From Gekko japonicus (Eukaryota), in assembly GCF_001447785.1 (NCBI RefSeq), contig NW_015171594.1:22877-86876 (forward strand): a stretch of DNA of 64,000 nt. Reading direction: 5' to 3'. How positions within the stretch are numbered: position 1 is the stretch's first letter; the number at the start of each line of letters is the position of its first letter. Under the pieces are notes generated by a model. That model was not told the DNA's origin. It was given only the letters and a program-made list of their open reading frames with translations, and searched no databases. The position numbers were made by a program, and so were the translations under genes. This document shows positions 24,637 through 35,399 of the stretch, piece by piece.

Positions 24637-25849
24637 CTGTGTGGGAGAAAAACAGACATTAGGAGAATGACAGAAAAAAGACCATGAAGATAATTGGGTT
24701 TCTTGTCTGCTTCCTAAAGCTGATTATCATCTATAGAACTTCTGAGATAACATAGATAGAATGATGCAGCAGCTCTAGCTGACAATGATTCTACAACCAC
24801 ACTCTAAAATCCTTCTAGACCATTGACATTCTCTTTCCTTTAAAATGTAGTCCTCAGAACTCTTGCTCTAGATCTAGCATTTTACGCATCAAATCAACTG
24901 CGATTGGCAAAGCACTCTACAAAATGAGCTGGAGTAGAGCAAAGGATGCGATCTGAACTGTAACCAGGGATTAAAAAAACCAACTTTCCCCCTTCCTTCA
25001 TCTCACCTTTTTCATGAATTCATTGAGAAGAAGTAGGTAGATTATACAGCTAGCACTGGTGAAGTCATGATTCAGCTCCCTGCTCTTCGGCTGAGCATGG
25101 GCCACTCACCCCAAAGATGTTGTGAGGAGAAAGTGAATTACATAAGGCATGTATGCCTCCCTAAAATTCGTTGAAAGGGAGAGACTGGCTAAGAACATTA
25201 CTACTGTTACTCTTACTCTTTGTTGCTTGACAGATCAGTATTGGGATTCTAATAACATTGTGAATATCTAGAATGATGCAGTCTTTAGTGCCTTGTCTCT
25301 ACAGCTGATTTGCCGAGGACTGATTGAGAATAAAGATTCTGTGCGAGCAGGAGAGAAGGTGGTTGCTTTGGGGGGGGGGTTAATTTCCTTTTAAATATTT
25401 CTGCAGGAAATAACAAAATGTCTGTGTGTAAGTGTGGGCTTGTGTGTCTGTGGAATGCAAAGATGGAAGAGATGCAGACACATTAAAAACATCTGTTTCA
25501 ACTTTATATTCAGTTACTTTTTTCCCTTCTATATCTGTAGTGCTTCTACCATACAAAGGGATGCACACTGAACTGACATTACAACATGTTACCATAGCAT
25601 GTCAACAACAAAGCTGAGGGATTTTGTTCACTGGTGTGATACATGCAGCATATTTTTATAGTAATACATGGAAACATGTTTGCATAGTGAAGAGCCATAT
25701 ACAGACAAAAAACAGCGGTTGCAGAATGTAAAATGCATGCATGAATTCACTCGGGGATAACCCAAAAGATACTATAAGTTTGCTAATTTCATCCCCATAT
25801 ATAGTAGATTTCTATGATTATCCCAAAACTGTGGTCTTAAGATAGGATG

Positions 25850-26170
25850 AACATAAGAGTATATGAAAAGCCCTCCTGGATCAGACCAGCGGCGTATCTA
25901 CTCCAGCATCCTGTCTCACACATCAACCAGCCAGTTCCTCTGGAGATTCAGCAGCGAGGTACAGAGGCTGAGACAGTCCCCTGATGTTGCCTCCTGGCTC
26001 TGGGATTCAGACGTTTAGTGCCTCTGAACATGGAGGATCCCCTTAGTTACCATGGTTAGTAGCCATAGATAGACTTGTCTTCCATGAATCTATCTGGCCC
26101 CCCTTTAAAGCTGTTGGTTCCTGTGGCCATCAATACATCCTCTGGCAGAAAATTCTGCATTTTAATCACA
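25850..26170 (-). mobile_element. CR1 LINE 3' end
   Basis: aacataaga...ctggatcagacca...tccagcatcctgtctcaca, typical of a squamate CR1 3' terminus in reverse. Confidence 0.7.
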
Positions 26171-26289
26171 CTAAACTAATACTACTACATTATATCTTGT
26201 CTGATATATTGCAGAACATTCAGAGAACATGCTTGCTGTAGTAGATAGAGCAAATGATAAGCAAAGCAAGAGAGATGGATGGACTTTAC

Positions 26290-26314
26290 CTTTCATTGCA
26301 AGACTTTTTCCCAT
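26290..26314 (-). CDS. Putative upstream coding segment (MGKSLAMK + 1 nt) of the 23.7-24.6 kb OR, at the 3' end of exon 1 (~26410-26290)
   Basis: agaATGGGAAAAAGTCTTGCAATGAAAG|gtaaag; phase 1 joins AG-AAC-AAG at 24636 in frame; paralogous ATGAAAG|gtaaaa at 19822-19810. Confidence 0.45.
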
Positions 26315-26419
26315 TCTTCTTTGACTTCTTTTTTAAAAAATAGTGAGCAAATCCTAATATTTTCTTGCCCACCCACATACTCTGTAATAATGAGCTATGT
26401 TGGTTCTTAGTAAATGTGT

Positions 26420-26570
26420 GTCTTATGGGAAAGAGGTTTTATATATGTCTGTTCTACACAAGTTCTTAGGAATGATCTACACAAAGCCCAGCAGAGTTCA
26501 GTAACAGTAGTCCCAAGATAAGTTATTACTGATTGTAAATGGCACTGAGTTGGTAATAAAAATTAATTAT
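26420..26570 (-). promoter_or_regulatory. Putative OR promoter, paralogue of 19950-20080
   Basis: TATATAAAAC(-) 26436-26445; O/E-like TCCCAAGATA 26511-26520; TAATTA ~26564-26569. Confidence 0.55.
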
Positions 26571-26794
26571 GCATCATCTTTTTCACCAAGAACATAATAT
26601 AATGCTTAAGGTTCATACACTGTGTGTTTGCCTGATTGGCACAATCTTCCTTGCACCAAAAAGGGATATGTATGAACAAAACACTGGTGCACATGCATAC
26701 ACACACATTATGTGACATTATATTCAGATTTATATTCAGATTTTCAAGACCACTATCACCTTTACATCTGAGGCTGTTTTTGCCATCAAATCAC

Positions 26795-26984
26795 AGCTGT
26801 CTTTTGGCAACCCTGTGAGGTTTTCAAGGCAAAAGATGTTCAGAGTTGGTTTGCCATTGCTTGCCTATGTATTGTGACCCTGGGCTTCCTTGGTGGTCTC
26901 CTATCCATATAATAACCGTGGTTGAGCCTACTTAGCTTCTGAGATCTAATGAGATTAGCTAGCCTGGGGTATCCAGGTCAGGGC
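26795..26984 (-). mobile_element. 5S rRNA-derived SINE with RTE-like tail
   Basis: Minus strand: gccctgacctggatacc...atctcagaagctaag...ggagaccaccaaggaa, then gcaatggcaaacca. Confidence 0.75.
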
Positions 26985-27359
26985 AAAAAAATACCTATAC
27001 ATACTGAATTGTGTCATACTAGTTTTTCCACTCAATCTCAATTGAGTTCCTTTCTGTAACCCCTATTGTACATATTCATGTACATCCCATTAACTTCAGC
27101 ATAATCTGTTTTAATGGTCAAAAAGAGCCTTTCTCCCCACTTTCTCCACCAAAAAAAGAAGCTTTTAGGATCCAACTATGGCTGCCAAATACCCAGTGAG
27201 GGAGTGAGATATGTCACCTGAAGCTCCCATTCAGGTGGATACCCTACCTGAAGCTCACTCCATCCTGGGGCAAGTGGGGAAAATACAGTGACATTATGGG
27301 CATGACAATGTCACTTTTGAGGTAAACTTTGAAGTGGTGGCAGTACCATGTACTACCCC

Positions 27360-27630
27360 AGAGCCAGTTTGGTGTAGTGGTTAAGTGCGCGGACTCTAAT
27401 CTGAGAGAACCAGGTTTGATTCCCCACTCCTCCACTTACACCTGCTGGATGACCTGATAAGAGGTGATCTTGAAAAAGAGTCATTTCTGTCAGAGCTCTC
27501 TCAGCCCCACCTACCTCACAGGGTATCTGTTGTGGGGAGAGGAAGGGAAAGGAGTTTGTAAGCCACTCTGAGACACATTTGGGTAGTGAATGGCGGGGTA
27601 TAAATCCAATCTCTTCTTCTTCCTCTTCTT
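27360..27630 (+). mobile_element. Squam3-like tRNA-derived SINE
   Basis: agagccagtttggtgtagtggttaag...ggtttgattcccc...ataaatccaatctcttcttcttc. Confidence 0.88.
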
Positions 27631-27784
27631 ATGGGAAGATGAGTCCTCCTCAGAGGATGAAAAAAACTGGCCCCCAATGCCTGCCTTGGTAGACCTTTCC
27701 AGTGATGTGTGTTCTTCAGGGCCACCCCGATGGAGACGCTTTGTAGGCACTGGCACTGCCTCCTGATCCAGTAGTGCCCTCAAG

Positions 27785-28003
27785 TAGGGTAGCCAGCTCC
27801 AGGTTGGGAAATACATGGATATTTTGGGGGTGGAGCCTGAGGAGGGTGGGGTTTGGGGAGGGAAGTGGCTTTAATGGGGTATAATACCATAGAGTCCACC
27901 ATGCAAAATGGCCATTTTCTCCAGGAGAACTGATCTCTGTCACCTGGAGACCAGTTTTAATAGCAGAAGATTTCCTGCGACCCCTCGGAGGTTGGCAACC
28001 CTA
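27785..28003. mobile_element. hAT-type MITE (tagggttgcca family)
   Basis: tagggtagcca...tggcaacccta; interior matches the 15138 copy; TSD only partly matching. Confidence 0.8.
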
Positions 28004-28206
28004 CCCTGACTACGAACTGGGAAGGAGGCAAAAGAACAGTGGGGATTTAATCTCTCCAGTACAAAAGCTCTTTAAACACTTGGAGAGGTCAACAGATAAT
28101 TATAAGAGGGACAAGATTTCAGAGAAAGAATTACAAAAAGCCCACAGACCAACAAGTGTGATGCATTCTAAAAGCAGGCTTTGATACTCAATGTTATGTG
28201 ATTTCT

Positions 28207-28420
28207 CACCACAGCAAATGTTGCATGAAAGCTGATTTCTGAATAGTGCTTAGAGTAACACTGACAGCTAATAGTTTCTTGTTATCAGGTAAGTTATAAG
28301 AATACTCTTTTAATCACCACAGCAAATGCTCCTTTTCTACGAATTTCTGAATAGTGCTTAGAGTAACACTGACAGCTAATAGTTTCTTGTTATCAGGTAA
28401 GTTATAAGAATACTCTTTTA
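28207..28420. repeat. ~107-bp tandem duplication
   Basis: atttctgaatagtgcttagagtaacactg...aagaatactcttttaa repeated exactly. Confidence 0.9.
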
Positions 28421-28689
28421 AGCATGCCAAATAGACCTTGCAACTTGAGTATACCCTGATAAATAACCTGAATGCTTGGAAGCAGGCCCTTGCCTCAAGA
28501 GAAGGTTAACTTAATTCAGCCATGCAAGCTACAGAGCACAGAATACTTAACAGTATTTTAAAAAATAAATAAATCTAAAAAGTAGAACTGAAGCATACCA
28601 GAGGTATCAACAAAACACATTAAGCAGTGCAAAAATTACATAATAGGGTCCTACTTAACAGTGAGCTATAAAAAGCAGGATAAACGCAC

Positions 28690-28880
28690 CTTTGCATATC
28701 TTAAACATCATGTTACATGTCAATTTGCTGTTGAATTCCTGTCTATAAGTTTGAACCTTACCTACCATTCCAATATATTTGAAAAAGTGTGCATGCACAC
28801 AAAAGCTCATATCTTGAATAAGCCTTTGTTGACCTTAAAGGTGCCACTGGACTCTAAATTTGTTCTACTGCTTCAGACCA
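28690..28880 (+). mobile_element. Penelope-like terminal repeat fragment
   Basis: Colinear with 23368-23582. Confidence 0.65.
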
Positions 28881-28904
28881 ACACGGCTGACCACCTGGAC
28901 CTAT

Positions 28905-29028
28905 AGTCCTAATCATTTATCCAAGTAATTTTATAAACAGTTTTGTACAGTGTAACCCTGTTAGCTGTACCTCCAGTGATGGAAAGGAGCCCAATAATCT
29001 ACAGCATGAGGAATAAAGACATCAAGAC
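28905..29028 (+). pseudogene. Olfactory receptor relic (TM7 and C-terminus only)
   Basis: VLYSV...VPPVM...PIIYSMRNKDIK; atctacagcatgaggaataaagacatcaagac is close to the OR sequence at ~6989-7020; cut by a MITE. Confidence 0.8.
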
Positions 29029-29234
29029 TAATGCTCCCTCTAAGCTGTGGAGTCTTGTGAGCAGCAATTCTACTTTGTGAGCTGCCGGCATTAAAGTTGT
29101 GAGCGAGCGATTTGGCTACTGAGTAAATCAGTTTGCTCCGGAGCCATCCTTCCTGAGCCAAGATGAAAATGTGTGAGCCGGAGGCTAAAAAACTGTGAGC
29201 TAGCTCACACTTACTCAGCTTAGAGGGAACACTG
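29029..29234. mobile_element. hAT MITE (TIR cagtgttccctctaagctg family)
   Basis: taatgctccctctaagctg...cagcttagagggaacactg; no intact TSD. Confidence 0.85.
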
Positions 29235-29545
29235 TTTTGGCGAAAGCTTCCAACAAGTTTTGCTTTCCTTTTGTACACTTTTAAACTTGCTACTAATGCC
29301 CATTAGATATGAACATGTCAGGATTATTTTTAAATAACCAAACATTACACAGATTTCATTGTTAGAGGGTACCCACACAGTATAGCAGGGCCTGTGCGTT
29401 ATATGTTGTCTTGCAGAAGAAGTTCTTGTTTACGAATATATTTTCTATGTGAATGGAGTCCCTGCCTCAGAATCATTAATACAGTTTCCTTGCTGGGTGA
29501 TATAAATGTTGACTATGTTTCATAAGGTTCGAGAAGGGCTGTGGC

Positions 29546-29697
29546 AAGGGTTGCCAGGTCTTTCCTGGCCACTGGCAGGTAGGGAGGGGTGTAGGTTTGC
29601 CAGCTCCATTTTCTCCAGGAGAACTGATGTCTGTAGTCTGGAGATGGGCTGTAGTTCCCCAGGCACTCCAGGTCCCACTTGGAGGATGGCCTCCCTA
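29546..29697. mobile_element. hAT-type MITE (tagggttgcca family), internally deleted
   Basis: TSD gctgtggc/gcagtggc. Confidence 0.75.
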
Positions 29698-29792
29698 GCA
29701 GTGGCTTGATTCAGGGCTTTAAAAAGCCTTTAACTCAATAGTGTGATTTCTCCCTTTGCAGGCATAATACAGGCCAGTTGGAGACTGCCAGT

Positions 29793-29997
29793 CAATGTTC
29801 CCTCTAAGCTGTGGAGTCCTGTGAGCACAAATTCTACTTTGTGAGCTACTGGCATTAAAGTTGTGAGCAGGTGATTTGGCCACTGCAAAAATAGTTTGCT
29901 CTGGAGCCCTCCTTCCTCAGCTAAGACAAAAATGTGTGAGCCGAAGGCTAAAAAACTGTGAGCTGGTTCACACTAACTCAGCTTAGAGGGAACACTG
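29793..29997. mobile_element. hAT MITE with 19-bp TIR and perfect 8-bp TSD
   Basis: caatgttccctctaagctg...cagcttagagggaacactg; ctgccagt on both sides. Confidence 0.92.
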
Positions 29998-30512
29998 CTG
30001 CCAGTTCAGATAAAGCAGTGAACTGTGGTTTACCAAAAACTCTGAAAACTATAATTTGCTGTGGGGATAAAAGGAAGAAGGGGAGAATGTGTTGTAAGCC
30101 ACTTTGTGTCATCAGGAGAAATGTTTTCCCTGGGCTAATAAAATTTAATGTGAAGTGGCACGGTCCCTGTAAAGAAAATGGCGGTGTAAAGAAAAGGGCT
30201 GGTGGTAGCCTACCTGACTAGTGTGAGGGCAGCCTCATGCAAGGGTTTTGTAATTTTGTTTTCTTGCAGCCCTTCCACCCAAAAGTGTTTAGCCTGGTCT
30301 TGGTTGAGGACTTTTGACAGCCCCATACTATCATCCTTATTTACATCCATTTTTAAAACTGGTAGAATGCCTAAAATGTAGCTTGAAGTAATACCCCCCT
30401 CTTTTTTTGTTTTCTGTACCCTGTACGTCTGTCTGTCTTTCTATCTATCTATCTTTCTTACTGCGTTTTAATCAATGGGGATAATTATTGCTTATATTAT
30501 ACCTCTCCTTAT

Positions 30513-31025
30513 CAGAAGTCATTTCGGGGGGGATCGCGGGGGATTGCAGTTCCCCCAGGTGAGGTATGGGGGCGGGGCACATGACGAAGCCCCGCCCCCT
30601 GCTTCCGGTCACCCCGCTTCCGGCCCTCATTCAGCCAGGAGGAGGCAGGAGAAGAGGGAGGGTAAGTTGCTTCCTCCCTGCCTCTCCCCACCCCTGCCTG
30701 CCTGGGGCCAGGGAGGGCCCCCGCGGGGCTTCCTTGCACTCCCGCCGGCCTTGCAGGTCCACCGCCGGGCCCCTCATGGGACCCGGCAGTGGAGCTGCAA
30801 GGCCGACGGCAGCGGCCGGGACCGTTGGGGGCGGGGTGTGTGGCCTTATGACACACTTCCGGTGATGACCATTGGGGGTGGTGTGTGTGGTCTTATGACA
30901 CACTTCCGGTGATGTCAGGGGGTGTGGCCTTATGACACACTTCCGGTGATGTCAGAGGGTGTGGCATATGCTAATGAGTTATGCTAATGAGTTCCCCTAG
31001 CTCTTTTTCTACGAAACGACCCCTG
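30513..31025. mobile_element. GC/CpG-rich non-autonomous hAT element with subterminal tandem repeats
   Basis: cagaagtcatttcg...cgaaacgacccctg; perfect TSD ctccttat at 30505-30512 and 31026-31033; 3x gtgtggYcttatgacacacttccggtgatg. Confidence 0.85.
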
Positions 31026-31727
31026 CTCCTTATATATAATTGTGAAGTGGGGTGGCACTTTTTGAACACTCCACATGCTCCTAAATCAGTTGGCTCCATG
31101 ATGTGTCACTCTGAAGCTGTCCCTATCTACTGGCTGTGTTGCCTGAGTCCCGCCTCCAACATTCTAAACAGTTTGCTATTCCTCTCCCCTCCATAGCCAG
31201 TCAGAACACAGATTGGCCTTTGCCTCTAACATTCTAAACAGTTTGCTGTTGCTGTTGGGAGTCATTGAATGGGTCTTGAGGTAAAATACATATCCCAATC
31301 TTCCCTTAAACAGTCACTGGAGTTGCCAATCTCCCTGTGGGGCCTGGAGATCTCCCAGAAACCACCGTGTTCCCCAGCCACAGCACATCATTTCCCAGCT
31401 ATTACAACTGATGTCCAGATGACCATGATCAGTTCTCCTGGAGACAATGGCTGCTTTGGCCAGGAGACTCTATGGCATTATACCCTGCTGAGGTCCCTCT
31501 CCACCCCTTCCCTTATTCCCTTATATAAACAATAATTATCCCAATGTATTAAAAAGGCAGTAAGAAAGATCCTGCTGTCTCCCAAGAAGTTTGCTTTTTG
31601 TACTTGGGAATTTGTACACTTTGTGAAGAACTGGAAGCTTTGCTACATGACACTAAAATTCTGGGTAAAGAACAAATTGGTTTACAGCCCTGTCTGGTGG
31701 AATGGTGGAGTCTGGGGGACGGGGGAG

Positions 31728-31792
31728 AACAGGAGGTCCTGGCGTGATATGGTCCATGGAGTTGTGAAGAGTTGGACTCAACTGTGCAACTG
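31728..31792 (+). mobile_element. BovB 3' terminal fragment
   Basis: cctggcgtgatatggtccatggagttgtgaagagttggactcaactgtgcaactg matches the reverse complement of ~11910-11965. Confidence 0.7.
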
Positions 31793-33801
31793 GTGTTATC
31801 TAGTAGATAAACACAGGCAGTTCCTAAGAGGGAAACTGTTTGAAACATTTATTGATCCTGAGTCAACTTCTGACTCAATTTCCAGGGATGACACTAGCAA
31901 GCTCTACGTCAGAAAGGGGACCAACGATATCTGCTAATGTGTTTCCTAATATCTCTGTTCAGGTGCGTTGCTCCAATAAAGGATATTTCACTAATTCAGT
32001 TCCTACTGTTACAGCTGTACATCAGAGCTCTATACTCACTCCTTTTCTGTTTAAGCAAGCTGCTTTTAGTTCTCAAAAGTAATTTCCCTTCTCTAAAATG
32101 AGCTGACTTTAAAATTAATGCCTTATAAGTACTCTGAAGATGTGGCAGTTCTCTCAAACCAGATTGGATCTCTCATGGGTAAAGGATTGACAAAATATTG
32201 CAGGGATGCATATTTTAAAAGTAACTGAACATAAGGTCTTCTCAAACAGCACAGCTTAGTTTAGATAGCTCATGGTCATCTGCTGGAACAAGTATTTGGG
32301 ATTTTTTTTCATTCTTCTGGTAAATTGACTATGCATTTGCGAGACACTTATTGATAAGCAGATTGTTCATCATTCACTTAAACCTCACCCTCTTCTTCTT
32401 AGTTGGATCCCAAACCAGGCTTTCTATTCACTTGAAGCAGCTTCTCCAAAAGGTTTTGGGCTGAAAAGGTTTTAGGGTTGGAAATTCAACACCCATCCCC
32501 CCCTCCTCCCCAAAGTACTGGCTTCTTACTACCAGGATACACACTGGTGGTACTATCTTGTTCCAAGTAGTAAAGAATGCAAAGGCAAAGCTTTTTTTCA
32601 TCGCAGTCCCTCCTATGCTCCTCCTTACTGAAGTAATATTGAAGATACACTGCATAATATGGGACGGGTCCTTGTTTCTGTGCCATGGCAGATAACATGA
32701 AGTAGTGGGTTCATTTGTTGTGTGTGTGGTTTTGTGGTTCAATCTATGAATACACTATAATGTGTGAAGCAGTGGTGACTTTTGTGTTTGATTCTGTATA
32801 AAAAAATCATGGCAGTCTGTGAGGATGAGTGCCTCAGATACATGGTTTGCACCACAGCAGCAGCAGTTTCACTGTACCCTATGTGGGAAGAAGATAAAGC
32901 TACCCTTCCTCAAGCATCAGAGTGGTTTCTCCCCTCCCTGACAGGAGCAGGTACTGTTGTACATGTGCCGAGGAAGACTGGACAGTTTTATAGCTTTCCC
33001 TTGCACTCCAAACTGGGGAGTTAACTTTTGCTCATTTATGTGTATTTTTCTTTCCCCCTTCTTACCTAGGCATATGCTTCGCCTATCCTGCCTCATCCAA
33101 TCCTCCACAAGCTGCCTACCTCTTCTGACTTCCAACTGGGAATGAGCAGGCAGCCCCGTAGCTAACAACTTTTTGCTCATGGGGCCAATGTCTCTTTCGG
33201 GAGGCCTGCCATTATATATCTGTGTGGTACATTATATATGTCTCAAAGATCCAAGGCACTTCAGCATCACCTTGAGCCCTCCGGCCTCCATCTAGGGCGG
33301 GGGGGGGGGGAAGCAAGGCGCTGCTGAAGACACAGCATCGCATTGAGCCCAGCCATCTGGGGGGTGGGGTGACGGGGCCAGGGAGAGGGAGGGGGAGCTG
33401 AGGATTGGGGGAGGGGCCCATCAAAACTGGGGGGCCCATGGGCCCTGCTACCGGCCTGTAAGCAGGCAGCTTCTTTCTCTAGCACTGATCACACATTACA
33501 GCAAACAAACGTACAGTCTGGGTACAGCATACACTTGGTTGCTTTTTATACATGTGTTAGTAATTCTTGTATCACAATGAACATGTACAGTCAAATGTGA
33601 TTGAAACTGTACATTCAGTCTATTTTCATTTGTGAACCCGTTACTGGTTATTTTTTACAAATAGATGTACACATGTAAGTGAAAGATGAATGTAACATGT
33701 GAAGGGTGCTGTGAACAGTGGGGAAAAACATTGGGGGAGAGGCATGTTGAATTTAAATTAAATTCCTTAAATTAAATCCCCATCTCATAACTGTAAGCCC
33801 A

Positions 33802-34430
33802 TGCTAACATTCCTGACTGACTGAACTGTGTGTGTGTGTTCCAAAACCAGTGCAGTAGTTCCCAAAATCATGTCAGAGAGCATTTTGTCCCTGAAAAATA
33901 GTCTTGGCAGAAGAAGCTTTTCCCCTGAAGCCCCTCGACACCATCCTGACTCCAGAAGTGTTGAAGGTGAGAGTTAGGGAGGGGAGGAAGATTGCTTTGG
34001 GTTATGTGTCTTAAGAGTTTAAATATTTATGTACTTATTTACTATTCATTCACTTCATTTATACCCCACTTTTCTCCCACATGGGTACCCAGAGTAGTTT
34101 ACAAACTTCTCCCCTTCTCCCATTTTATCCTCACAACAACCCTGTGTAGGAAGTTAAAATCGATGAGTTTCCAACTGTGCTAACATTCCTGGCTGACTGA
34201 ACTGTGTGTGTGTGTGTGTCTGTTCCAAAGGTGAGAGTTAGGGAGGGGAGGAAGATTGCTTTGGGTTACGTGTCTTAAGAGTTTAAATATTTATGTACTT
34301 ATTTACTATTCATTCACTTCATTTATACCCCACTTTTCTCCCACATGGGAACCCAGAGTGGCTTACAAACTTCTCCCCTTCTCCATTTTATCCTAACAAC
34401 CCTGTGTGGGAAGTTAAAATCAATGAGTTG
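33802..34430. repeat. Local tandem duplication (33802-34168 and 34178-34430; second copy internally deleted)
   Basis: tgctaacattcctg..tgactgaactgtg and ggtgagagttagggaggggaggaagattgc each occur twice. Confidence 0.85.
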
Positions 34431-34624
34431 GATGGAATAGAAGGGGGGGGGCATATCCTTGGCTTTTTCCTTAGAGGTTAGCATGGGATTGCCACGTCCT
34501 CCCTAGCCCTCAGCGGGGGGTGGGGATAGAGTTGCCAGATCCAGGCTGGGAAATTCCTGGAGATTTGGGGTGGAGCCTGGGGAGGACAGAGACCTCAGTG
34601 GGGTACAATGCTTATAGAGTTCAC

Positions 34625-34824
34625 CAGTGTTCCCTCTAAGCTGAGTTAGTGTGAGCTAGCTCACAGTTTTTTAGCCTCTGACTCACCCATTTTTGTCTTA
34701 GCTCAGGAAGGATAGCTCCAGAGCCAACTAATTTATGCAGTAGCCAAATCACCTGCTCACAACTTTAATGCCAGTAGCTCACAAAGTAGGATTTTTACTC
34801 ACAAGATTCTTAGAGGGAGCATTG
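34625..34824. mobile_element. hAT MITE nested inside a tagggttgcca-family MITE (~34483-34938)
   Basis: cagtgttccctctaag...cttagagggagcattg; TSD gagttcac/gagtccac; host element resumes after it. Confidence 0.85.
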
Positions 34825-34841
34825 GAGTCCACCCTCCAAAG

Positions 34842-35267
34842 CCTCAATTTTCTCCAGGGGAACTAATCTCTGTAATCTGGAGATGAACTGTAATTCCAGA
34901 GTATCCCCACCAGGCCCCACCTGGAGGCTGGCATCCCTTACTTAAGCATCAGCCTTCCAGAGGAAGAAAGCAGAGAAGGCCCTTGCTGGCTTCAGGGCGC
35001 CCTGCTTCACTTGCCTACTGGCTGAAGCCCTGCCTCTCACTTCATTTTCAGACAGACCTCAATTTTCTCCAGGGGAACTAATCTCTGTAGTCTGGAGATG
35101 AACTGTAATTCAAGAGTATCCCCACCAGGCCCCACCTGGAGGCTGGCATCCCTTACTTAAGCATCAGCCTTCCAGAGGAAGAAAGCAGAGAAGGCCCTTG
35201 CTGGCTTCAGGGCGCCCTGCTTCACTTGCCTACTGGCTGAAGCCCTGCCTCTCACTTCATTTTCAGC
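34842..35267. repeat. Near-identical ~210-bp tandem duplication close to the gap
   Basis: 34842-35051 versus 35057-35267, only a few differences. Confidence 0.9.
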
Positions 35268-35399
35268 CAGTATCATAATGTCCCTGTATAAATCGATGCT
35301 GCTACCACATTTGGAATACTGTGTGCAGTTCTGGTCACCACACCTTAAAAAGGATATTATCGCTTTGGAAAAAGTGCAGAAAAGGGCAACTCGATTGAT
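35268..35399 (+). mobile_element. CR1 ORF2 C-terminal fragment running into the gap
   Basis: LYKSMLLPHLEYCVQFWSPHLKKDIIALEKVQKRATRL. Confidence 0.9.

Noticed and set aside
26880-26984. 5S rRNA-like sequence
   Set aside because: Diverged and fused to an RTE-like tail; a 5S-derived SINE, not an rRNA gene
30475-30912. Overlapping GC-rich ORFs and an apparent CpG island
   Set aside because: The GC-rich part lies within a TIR- and TSD-bounded non-autonomous element; no transposase motifs
30838-30951. Three 30-bp direct repeats with short spacers, superficially CRISPR-like
   Set aside because: Eukaryotic DNA, spacers very short and G-rich, no cas genes; these are transposon subterminal repeats
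34842-35267. Near-perfect 210-bp tandem duplication as a biological element
   Set aside because: Close to a contig end and nearly identical, so a short-read assembly artefact is at least as likely
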